64,000 nucleotides of DNA, taken from Nitrosopumilus sp. GTDB taxonomy: Archaea; Thermoproteota; Nitrososphaeria; Nitrososphaerales; Nitrosopumilaceae. How positions within the stretch are numbered: position 1 is the first letter of the stretch; every line of letters begins with the position of its first letter. Made by a program: the position numbers and the translations under genes. Positions 20,671 to 29,291 of this stretch are shown piece after piece. Under the pieces are notes generated by a model. The model saw only the letters and a list, made by a program, of their open reading frames with translations. It did no database searches and was not told where the DNA came from. The DNA is taken from assembly GCA_965206745.1 (NCBI GenBank), contig OZ242220.1, forward strand, positions 864,001 through 928,000, written 5' to 3'.

Positions 20671-21406
20671 CAATCTTTTCCTGTTGATGTATACGGATAG
20701 ATTCTTTCTCAATGCTTTTTTTTGCATCCATACAGTATTTTTTATTAGTTTCGAAACCAATATAATTCCTATTCAACTGTTTACAAGCAATACCTGTTGT
20801 TCCAGAACCCATGAAAATATCCAACACTATGGCATTTTCTTGAGTTGTCAATTCTATTAATTCCTTGAACAATCCTAATGGTTTCTGTGTGGGGTGTACT
20901 CTGCTTTTTCCTTTTGGAGCCTGATATTTGAATATGTTGTGGGTACAGTATCCACCAAAAAAGGCACTATTCTTTTTCCCAATTATTGCAGACTCCCACG
21001 CGTTTAGTAGTTTTGACTTTCCGTTGAGAGGTATTGGATCTGGTTTTTGCCATACTATAACATCGATTGCTTTGAAACCATGTTTTTCAAAATAACTCCA
21101 GTATTTGCTTATGTCTTGTTTTGCACAGAATATGATTGCCCATCCTTTTACTTTCTTTAGTGCCACATCAGCCCATTTGATAAATTGTTCATTGTCCTGC
21201 CATGATTGATCCCATTTGCCATAATCAAAATCCAATTTTGCAGTAGTTCCTAATTTTTGACCTTTACAGTTCAATTTCTGACTTATGCCATAAGGAGGAT
21301 CTGTAATCAATAGATCAATGCTGCTGTCTGGAATCTTGTCTAATCCTTTCACTCCATCTGAATTATAAATTCTGTTTAATACCAGATCACCATGTTTTTT
21401 TAGCAT
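20654..21406 (-). CDS. Site-specific DNA methyltransferase (beta class), M2
   Basis: ITDPPY, HPTQKP, LDIFMGSGTTG. Confidence 0.95.
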   Translation of the reverse strand: MLKKHGDLVLNRIYNSDGVKGLDKIPDSSIDLLITDPPYGISQKLNCKGQKLGTTAKLDFDYGKWDQSWQDNEQFIKWADVALKKVKGWAIIFCAKQDISKYWSYFEKHGFKAIDVIVWQKPDPIPLNGKSKLLNAWESAIIGKKNSAFFGGYCTHNIFKYQAPKGKSRVHPTQKPLGLFKELIELTTQENAIVLDIFMGSGTTGIACKQLNRNYIGFETNKKYCMDAKKSIEKESIRIHQQEKIVNCVQ

Positions 21407-21465
21407 GTGATATTTTGAATATTTAGGTGATTATATAAAACCTAAATTTTCTCCCTTATTACGTA

Positions 21466-21600
21466 ATGATCTGTGCTTCTTGTGAAATGAGAAATCATTT
21501 TGAGTGTATTGATTGTCAAAACGATCATAAAACCTATCTATGCAATTGTGATTGCCATGATGAAAATACTAAATCGCATGGGTCTAGTGAGACTCGTTAG
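21466..21600 (+). CDS. Cys/His-rich microprotein (44 aa)
   Basis: MICASCEMRNHFECIDCQNDHKTYLCNCDCHDENTKSHGSSETR; TATA-like TTATATAAAA about 30 nt upstream. Confidence 0.5.
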   Translation: MICASCEMRNHFECIDCQNDHKTYLCNCDCHDENTKSHGSSETR

Positions 21601-21691
21601 ATCAATCACTGAGATCCATATTTTTGGTCTCCAAGATTGCACAGAACTATTCATAGAAAGATGTTTAAATTGAATTAAAAAATTCAATATA

Positions 21692-23701
21692 TTGCAGGCA
21701 CGATACATAAATCTAATAGAACTATTAGAAGGACGGAATCAATTCAATATACCGATATATCAGCGTACATATGATTGGCATCAAAAACAATGCAAACAGT
21801 TACTTGATGATATTATCAAGGCAGGAAATAATACAAAGCCAAAGCATTTTCTAGGAACAATCACATATCTATCTGAAACAACCGATGCAGTAGATGTTCG
21901 TACTCATCAAGTTATTGATGGTCAGCAAAGACTGACAACTCTTATGCTGTTACTAAAAGCATTGAAAAGTTCACCTAATGTGGATACATCATTGGAAGGT
22001 AAAATTGAAAATTTATTATTTAATCCACATGAGAATAATGACAAACGGTTCAAATTAATATTGACAGATGATGATGACTCAAATTTGAGAAATATTCTAG
22101 ATGATGATGACATGGAAATATCAAGCAACCTTTCTATAAATTACAACTATTTTAAAATTGAACTAAATAATTTAGATACTAATTCTATATGGACTGGAAT
22201 AAACAAACTTACTGTGGTAAGCGTTATGGTTGACCCAGAAAATGATGTACAATCTATCTTTGAAAGTATGAATTCTACCGGTCTTAATTTGTCTGATACA
22301 GATATGATACAAAATTACATGCTAATGTCTCATCCTCAAACCAAACAAAAGGAAATCTATACAAAGTACTGGAAACCTATGGAATCTAGGTTACAAAATG
22401 ATGATGATTTTGATGAATTTTTAAGAAATTATCTAATCATGCATAACGGAAAGATAATACCAAAGAAGCAAACCTATGAATTTTTTAAAGATTATATGAA
22501 CAGTCGTGATAGGGAAGAGGAAATTAAAAAAATGCATAAATATTCAAAATATTATGCAGAAATTCTAACTTTATCTGAGCACGAATCTACTAAGATAGGT
22601 ACAGTACTTCAATTCATACGTAATCAAAACACAAATGTTGCCTTTTCTTTTATGTTAAAGGTTTTATTTGATTATGATGATAAAATACTTGATGAGGAAC
22701 AAGTAGAAAAAATATTGTTATTAGTTGACAGTTATCTACTTAGATGTCATGTATGTCAAACAACCAAAGGTGGAAATAAGGTTTTTCCAGAGATGATCCC
22801 GAAGATAAATAAAAATGATTATGTAAAAAGTGTAGAGCAGGTATTGATGTCAAAGAGTGGAAACAGACAGTTCCCAAGAGATGTTATGTTTGCAGATAAA
22901 CTAAAGCAGGCACAGTTATACAACAATAGAACTATCTGCAAGTACATACTTGCTAGATTGGAATCTGATAAAACTAGAGAACTGGTTAATCCTAACCACC
23001 TCCAAATAGAACACATTATGCCTCAAACTTTATCTCCTTCATGGGATGATTGTCTTGGAGACAAGTATGTAGACATTCATATACGATATGTTGACACCAT
23101 TGGGAATCTTACACTTACAGGTTATAATCAAAAACTTGGCAATGATTCATTTTCAGAGAAATGCAAAACGTATGAGGAGAGCAATGTGACAATTACTAGG
23201 GATTTAAGCAAATATGAAGAATGGAATGAACGAACCATACAAGATCGTGCTGAGCAACTTGCCAAACAGGCCATTACAATATGGAAATGTCCGGAAATCC
23301 CAATAATATTTGACCCTGAACCAGATGTTCTTGAAGAACAACATCTTGAGGGAAAAGAATGCGTGGATCTATGGAGAACTTTGAAAGATAAAATTATCTC
23401 AGAATGCCCAAATGCAAAGTTTTACATGTCTACGATATATGGAGGTTTTAGAATATCTAAAGAAAATAATGAAAAGATATTGTGTACTATGGAGATCCTT
23501 AAACATCACATATATCTTGCATACAATACAAAAAAAGACGAACAAATCATTCATGTATCTGAATTTGTAAAGGATGTTTCATCTATTGGCACTCGTACAC
23601 TTGGAGACTTTAGGTCCACTATTCGAACTAATGACGACATTCAGAAAGCAGTAGAAGTGGTAAAGAAAGTATGGTTACATATGTCAGATAATCCAATTTA
23701 A
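21692..23701 (+). CDS. GmrSD-type modification-dependent restriction enzyme (DUF262 + DUF1524 HNH) with extra C-terminal domain
   Basis: YQRTYDW, IDGQQRLTT, FESMNSTG, IEHIMPQ, IGNLTL...N motifs. Confidence 0.92.
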   Translation: MQARYINLIELLEGRNQFNIPIYQRTYDWHQKQCKQLLDDIIKAGNNTKPKHFLGTITYLSETTDAVDVRTHQVIDGQQRLTTLMLLLKALKSSPNVDTSLEGKIENLLFNPHENNDKRFKLILTDDDDSNLRNILDDDDMEISSNLSINYNYFKIELNNLDTNSIWTGINKLTVVSVMVDPENDVQSIFESMNSTGLNLSDTDMIQNYMLMSHPQTKQKEIYTKYWKPMESRLQNDDDFDEFLRNYLIMHNGKIIPKKQTYEFFKDYMNSRDREEEIKKMHKYSKYYAEILTLSEHESTKIGTVLQFIRNQNTNVAFSFMLKVLFDYDDKILDEEQVEKILLLVDSYLLRCHVCQTTKGGNKVFPEMIPKINKNDYVKSVEQVLMSKSGNRQFPRDVMFADKLKQAQLYNNRTICKYILARLESDKTRELVNPNHLQIEHIMPQTLSPSWDDCLGDKYVDIHIRYVDTIGNLTLTGYNQKLGNDSFSEKCKTYEESNVTITRDLSKYEEWNERTIQDRAEQLAKQAITIWKCPEIPIIFDPEPDVLEEQHLEGKECVDLWRTLKDKIISECPNAKFYMSTIYGGFRISKENNEKILCTMEILKHHIYLAYNTKKDEQIIHVSEFVKDVSSIGTRTLGDFRSTIRTNDDIQKAVEVVKKVWLHMSDNPI

Positions 23702-23973
23702 ACACAAAACATGGTGAAAAACCATAATTGATAATGAAAGAAAAAAAATTCCAAGTTTTCTTTAATCCCTTCCAAATCTTTGACGTTACGTCTGTACAAT
23801 TTCCCACATCTTATAATTTTTGAGATGCCTTTAGAATTGTAGAATTATTTGATTAACTAACTTACCTCACTTCAAATATAGGATTTTATGAATCCGAATA
23901 AAAACCATATTTCAGTCTATTAATCGAAGATTATACAATACTAAACTATTCTATCTGAGAGTGACATTCTAAT

Positions 23974-24159
23974 CTATTTGGATTCATCTAGAAATGTTTG
24001 CAGTCTGGGAAGTGTCTCCTCCTGATAATGATTTAACGTAACATGGCATTTTTCACACAACTCAGTTGTCACCTCACCATCCAACTCCTTGACATGGTGT
24101 TCTGTAGTATTTGCTATCTCTTTGCAGGCAAAGCATATGTTGATTTTCTGTTTTCCCAT
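23974..24159 (-). CDS. Minimal HNH-like zinc-binding protein
   Basis: CFAC...TEHHV...LCEKCH pattern. Confidence 0.6.
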   Translation of the reverse strand: MGKQKINICFACKEIANTTEHHVKELDGEVTTELCEKCHVTLNHYQEETLPRLQTFLDESK

Positions 24160-24289
24160 GATTCAGGCACATAGATGATTGATTTAAAATTATAGGCTCA
24201 AAAGAATAATTTATGCATGATTTCAACCCCTGAAAACCTATAAACATCAAAATTCAACCAATCAGAATTGTAAAAATAGATACAGAAAT

Positions 24290-24580
24290 ACTATCCCATA
24301 AGGGATGAGGCAACTCAGGATAAACCTGCATCGTGTCTTTGTGGAAAGGGGGACTTTAAGACATATCCGGAAAGGCAATATCCGATACATCTGCAGAAAC
24401 TGCAATACGACCTATTTTGTAGAGTCCTGTAAAGGATGAGCAGAAACTCAAAAGTGCCGGAAACATATTTGACAATATTGCATTTGGGATGAGCACTAGA
24501 GAGGCATCCCTTAGGACGTTTGTGGACTGGGGAGACACTATCTCATGCGACTATTCTGAATTGATCTGAGAAACACAACA
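24290..24580 (+). pseudogene. Decayed transposase N-terminus (IS6/IS240- or IS1-like zinc ribbon + HTH)
   Basis: Fragments across frames: SCLCGKGDF / KGNIRYICRNCNTTY / GMSTREAS / SHATILN* (W->stop). Confidence 0.55.
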
Positions 24581-25289
24581 ACTACATATGCAGAAATTCA
24601 AATTGGTAAATTTTTTGAATTCAGACGAAAACTTGTATTTCAGATCCTTACATCTTCAGAACAGATGATTCGGAGTGGCAGTAATGTTTGCAGTGACAGG
24701 AATATCCCTATGCAACTCAGGGCGTTGTAGGAATATTTTGTAAATATCTTGCTATTATGGTATTGTTCAGCAGGAATTTCTGCTGGGAACGGTATATCAT
24801 CAGCGGATTTGCCTGTCACGTATACTTCTAACGTGGTACAGTCAAACCAGCGAAAATCCAAACACGATAAAACAAAATATGTCAAATTGCATCATATATG
24901 ATATATATCTCCGAAACTATGTCTTGACTTTTCCATTTCCATGATTTTTGAATTGTGTATTAAATATTTAAAATGCTTTTTTATTAACGGTGCCTGATTT
25001 GAATTTACAGATGGGGTTTTTTTGAATTCGAGGAAGATCCATATTTTGTGCTTTGTAGTAACTTGACAAAATTCCAAGTTTGAGGGATTTTTTGGATCGG
25101 AATAAGATCGATATTTCAGATCATACATTCATAACCATATGCTGAAAACACACTAACTTGCCAAGGGGTGAAACCTTCGTTCAACTTAACAGAGCACCTA
25201 GACAGGTTTGTTTTTATCATGGTCTGTTTAATCAGTTACATGACTGACATACAAAGGCAAGGTCTGTCAATCCCGACTGGAACCGAACT

Positions 25290-25400
25290 ATGATTAAAAC
25301 CAAGTGTGATCGATGCGGCTCTGATTTGGGCACGGAAAGTAAAAAGACCAAACAGAAATTTTGCGGCAACTGTAAAAAAAAGTTTGATTTGTACCGTTAA
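25290..25400 (+). CDS. Small zinc-finger protein (36 aa)
   Basis: MIKTKCDRCGSDLGTESKKTKQKFCGNCKKKFDLYR (two CxxC). Confidence 0.5.
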   Translation: MIKTKCDRCGSDLGTESKKTKQKFCGNCKKKFDLYR

Positions 25401-25408
25401 TCGGCCTT

Positions 25409-25684
25409 TTATTCTGCAGGCTTTTTCTCGACTCTCTTGGCGCTGTCTCTCTTTTTCCTTGCACCAAAACTGATCAAGATTAGCAAAAATCCCACCCCGA
25501 TGAAGATCCCTGAGAGCATCTGATATGCCTGGTTCTGATCCTCTGCCATAAACAGGTCAATTACCTCCTCTTCTGTCATGTTTGACTGGCCTGCAGGTTC
25601 CTCCACTGATGCTGCGATAAATACAATTCCTATAATGATCATTGCCACTCCTCCGCCTAGAATCTTTTTATCAACAAGAACCAT
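25409..25684 (-). CDS. Small two-TM membrane protein
   Basis: Two hydrophobic helices and a basic tail. Confidence 0.75.
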   Translation of the reverse strand: MVLVDKKILGGGVAMIIIGIVFIAASVEEPAGQSNMTEEEVIDLFMAEDQNQAYQMLSGIFIGVGFLLILISFGARKKRDSAKRVEKKPAE

Positions 25685-25731
25685 CTCTGGTTAGAATTTG
25701 GACTTTACCATATATTAGGTATATGTGAATT

Positions 25732-26022
25732 TTAGAATCCTTCGGGAGGTCTCTGTACAAAGACGTTGCATACTAGCGCGTCTGTCTTGGTATCCCTGTA
25801 CTGGACGTTGCATGAAACAAACTTTCCCTTCAGTGCCCGCTCTAGGTCTTCCTTTGTCTTCTCCTCGTACTGCGGCTGGCTTGGGTCATCAATCTTGCCG
25901 ATGATTACCTTCTCGATCTTTCCATACTGCTCCTGGTTGTCCTTTCTTGTATGGCTGATTAACAGTTCAAAAGCATTGTTTGCAAGAATGCTCAAAACTG
26001 CCCCGCCTATGCCGTCTCCCAT
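25732..26022 (-). CDS. Conserved hypothetical protein (possible SNase/OB-like fold)
   Basis: Clean ORF; LKGKFVSC...RD....LVCNV resembles a thermonuclease C-terminus. Confidence 0.65.
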   Translation of the reverse strand: MGDGIGGAVLSILANNAFELLISHTRKDNQEQYGKIEKVIIGKIDDPSQPQYEEKTKEDLERALKGKFVSCNVQYRDTKTDALVCNVFVQRPPEGF

Positions 26023-26049
26023 GGTTGCTGAATTTTTTTTGTTCTATAA

Positions 26050-26886
26050 TTACTTGTTGGCAATGCTGATCTCAAAGTCCGGAACCAGTCCCTTCTGCCT
26101 TGCCATCTCAAAGAGTCTTCTGATGGACTCCTCACCTGGCTCTCCCATGTTTACTGTAACTCGGTTTACGTACATTTTTACGAATCTCTCAATTAATCCT
26201 CTCTCCTTGCCCCTGGCATACTGCATTGCGTACTCTATGGCATCATCAAAGTTATTCATTCCAAACTCGATTGAGGCCTGAAGGTATCTGTCAAACTTTG
26301 TTATCGTCTCCATGCCAAGGTCGGTTCTCATCACGTTAATCCCCAGTGGAACCGGCAGACCGCCTGTCGTCTTGTCCCACCACTCACCGACATCCAAAAT
26401 TTTGAGGTTCCCCTCCTGCTCGTATGAGAGCTGCGTCTCATGGATTACCAGCCCCACATCGACCTTGCCTGACTTTACGGCCTCTGGAATGTCGCTAAAG
26501 TTCATCTCTACGTAATCAAACTTTCCAATCATCAGTTGTAGTAGTAGAAATGCCGAGGTCATCTTTCCGGGAATTGCAATCTTTGATCTCTTTACCTCAT
26601 CTATGCTCATCTGCCTTCTGGCAGTGACTATTGGGCCGTAATTAATTCCAAAGCTTCCGCCGCTCCTCAAAATGGTATACCCTGGGATAAACGCACATGC
26701 GTGAACTGATACTGCAGTCACATCCAGTTCCGGATTTGCAGCCTTGCGATTTAGCTTTTCTATATCCTCAATTACGTGGTTTACCTCAAATTCTGCAGAT
26801 GGAACCTTGCCTGTAAACATGCCATAAAACATGAATGCGTCATCTGAATCAGGGGTGTGTCCTACTGAAATCTTCATGACTGTCAT
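26050..26886 (-). CDS. mqnD: 1,4-dihydroxy-6-naphthoate synthase family (futalosine menaquinone pathway)
   Basis: GHTPDSDDAFMFY, DIEKLN, IAIPG..TSA, LVIHE, LPVPLG motifs. Confidence 0.85.
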   Translation of the reverse strand: MTVMKISVGHTPDSDDAFMFYGMFTGKVPSAEFEVNHVIEDIEKLNRKAANPELDVTAVSVHACAFIPGYTILRSGGSFGINYGPIVTARRQMSIDEVKRSKIAIPGKMTSAFLLLQLMIGKFDYVEMNFSDIPEAVKSGKVDVGLVIHETQLSYEQEGNLKILDVGEWWDKTTGGLPVPLGINVMRTDLGMETITKFDRYLQASIEFGMNNFDDAIEYAMQYARGKERGLIERFVKMYVNRVTVNMGEPGEESIRRLFEMARQKGLVPDFEISIANK

Positions 26887-27000
26887 GCCGGATTCTCGTA
26901 ATAAATATCACAACCAGATTAATGTGGCAGAAAACAGACCAGTTGGTTTCCCAAAAAAGATTGACACAGTTTCAAACCCTCTGATCTTTTGGAAGGCTAA

Positions 27001-27010
27001 GGTTTAATAC
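27001..27010 (+). promoter_or_regulatory. TATA box of probably leaderless EF-2 transcript
   Basis: TTTAATA about 25-30 nt upstream of ATG 27033. Confidence 0.5.
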
Positions 27011-27032
27011 CTGAATCCAGAGTTTTGCGAAT

Positions 27033-29225
27033 ATGGCAAAATTCAAGTCAACTGCTGAGGTGATGAAGATCATCAAGAACAAGTCCAACATCCGTAACTT
27101 TGGTGTCATTGCCCACGTTGACCATGGAAAGACTACCATGAGTGACAGCCTTTTGGCGTACTCTGGAATTATTGCCCCCTCTGCTGCCGGAAAGGCACTT
27201 GCAATGGACTTTGACAAGGAGGAGCAAGAGAGAGGAATTACAATTTATCAGGCAAACGTGACCCTGCTGTTCTCACAAAAGGATCAAGAGTATGTAATTA
27301 ACATGATTGATACTCCAGGGCACGTCGATTTTAGCGGAAGGGTGATTCGAAGCCTTCGGGCAATTGACGGCGCAGTAGTCGTCTGTGACGCAGTGGAGGG
27401 TATAATGACTCAGACTGAGACTGTAACTCGAATGGCCCTTGAGGAGAGGGTAAGGCCTGTCCTGTTTATCAACAAGGTAGACCGGCTCATCAAGGAACTG
27501 CGACTGACTCCTGAAAAGATGCAGGCGCAGTTGGCAGATGTGGTCTCAAGCTTTAACACGTTAATTGACACATATGCAGAACCTGAATACCGGGACAAAT
27601 GGAAGGTCTCCATTCAGGATGCCAGTGTGACGTTTGGTTCTGCAAAGGACAGATGGGCAATCAACGTTGATCTGATGAAGGAGCGGGGAATCACATTCAA
27701 GGATGTCATTGATGCATACACCAATGAAAAGGTTGAAGACCTTGTAGAAAAGGCACCTTTAGCTGATGCCGTACTTGGAATGGTCGTCAAGCACCATCCT
27801 GCACCTGCTGATGCGATAAAGTACAGGATTCCGCAGATCTGGAAGGGTGATCTAGAGTCTGATGTTGGCAAGGCACTCCTTGCCGGTTCTGATGACGGTC
27901 CGACAATAATGATGGTCGTAAACATGGTATTGGATCCTGCAGCAGGTCCCGTTGCAATCGGAAGGCTGTTCTCTGGCACCATCAAGGACGGCCAGAACCT
28001 TCACATCATAGATGAGAAGAGAGAGGGAAGGGTCCAGTCAGTCAATTTCTTTATGGGAAATCAGAGGGAGCAGGTAGGCGAACTCGGAGCAGGAAACATT
28101 CCTGCCTTGTTGGGACTGACTGAATGCAGAGCCGGAAACACACTCTCCTCGATTAAGGGGATTCCAATGTTTGAAGGAGTAAAGTATGTCTCAGAACCTG
28201 TCGTGCAGATTGCAATTGAGCCCAAGCATCCAAAGGATCTGCCAAAGCTTGTAGATATTCTAAAGCAGTTAACCATTGAGGATCCAAACCTTGTCGTAAA
28301 GATTGACGAGGAATCCGGCGAGACAATAGTCGCTGGAATGGGCGTGTTGCATCTGGATGTTGCAACGCACAGGATTCAGGATGCAAAGTGTGAGATTATA
28401 ACATCCGAACCGCTGATTAACTATAGGGAGACTGTAAAGGGTCCGTGCGAGCCTGTCATGGCAAAGTCTCCAAACAGGCACAACAAGATCTTCATGAAGG
28501 TCGAGCAGCTGGAACCTGAAATATCACACATGCTAAGAACCGGTGAGATTAGTGATCTAAAAGACAAGAAACAGGTCTCTGACTTGCTAAAGGGGGTAGG
28601 ATGGGATACTGATACGATCAAGAGGGTAATGAAGTTTGACTCTCGTGGAAATGTTTTGATTAACGGCACAAAGGGTGTCCAGTTTGTTCAAGAGTCAACT
28701 GACTCTATCAACTCTGGATTTGAGGATGTCATGAAGGAGGGTCCTCTGTGCAAGGAGCAGATGAGGGACTGCAAGTTTATCTTTACCCACTTTGTCCCTC
28801 ACGAGGATACTGCACATAGGGGCCTGTCCCAGTTGGGGCCTGCCTCACGCAGGGCATGCATGGGTGCACTATTAACTGCAGGTACTGCCGTCTTGGAGCC
28901 GACACTTGCAATCGAGGTCCGTGTTCCGACTGACCTGGTTGGTAATGTTGCAACGATTCTCTCAGGCAAGCGTGGCAAGGTCCTTGACATGTCACAAAAG
29001 GGCGCATCAAGCATTGTTCTTGGTGAGATTCCCGCATCTGAGACATTCACACTGTCTGAGGCAATGAGGGGACAGACTGCAGGACGTGCAACATGGAACA
29101 CCTCCTTTAAGGAGTGGACCGAGGTTCCAAAATCCATGCTGGCAACGGCAGTTGCCGATATCAGAAAGAGAAAGGGACTGGCACCGGACCCACCTGGCGT
29201 TAACGAGTTTATCGATAAAGTGTAG
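27033..29225 (+). CDS. fusA: Archaeal translation elongation factor 2
   Basis: AHVDHGKTT, RGITI, DTPGHVDF, NKVD, diphthamide loop HEDTAHRG. Confidence 0.98.
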   Translation: MAKFKSTAEVMKIIKNKSNIRNFGVIAHVDHGKTTMSDSLLAYSGIIAPSAAGKALAMDFDKEEQERGITIYQANVTLLFSQKDQEYVINMIDTPGHVDFSGRVIRSLRAIDGAVVVCDAVEGIMTQTETVTRMALEERVRPVLFINKVDRLIKELRLTPEKMQAQLADVVSSFNTLIDTYAEPEYRDKWKVSIQDASVTFGSAKDRWAINVDLMKERGITFKDVIDAYTNEKVEDLVEKAPLADAVLGMVVKHHPAPADAIKYRIPQIWKGDLESDVGKALLAGSDDGPTIMMVVNMVLDPAAGPVAIGRLFSGTIKDGQNLHIIDEKREGRVQSVNFFMGNQREQVGELGAGNIPALLGLTECRAGNTLSSIKGIPMFEGVKYVSEPVVQIAIEPKHPKDLPKLVDILKQLTIEDPNLVVKIDEESGETIVAGMGVLHLDVATHRIQDAKCEIITSEPLINYRETVKGPCEPVMAKSPNRHNKIFMKVEQLEPEISHMLRTGEISDLKDKKQVSDLLKGVGWDTDTIKRVMKFDSRGNVLINGTKGVQFVQESTDSINSGFEDVMKEGPLCKEQMRDCKFIFTHFVPHEDTAHRGLSQLGPASRRACMGALLTAGTAVLEPTLAIEVRVPTDLVGNVATILSGKRGKVLDMSQKGASSIVLGEIPASETFTLSEAMRGQTAGRATWNTSFKEWTEVPKSMLATAVADIRKRKGLAPDPPGVNEFIDKV

Positions 29226-29291
29226 TCACATCGCTTAATGATGAATTCACTCGAGCTTAATATTTAAAAAGAATCACATCTTGGATTACAT

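Larger units (their letters stand above)
18410..25400. mobile_element. AT-rich defence island (R-M + GmrSD + transposase remnant)
   Basis: Abrupt rise in AT content; defence genes and decayed mobile-element sequence between core genes. Boundaries approximate; no att site found. Confidence 0.7.
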
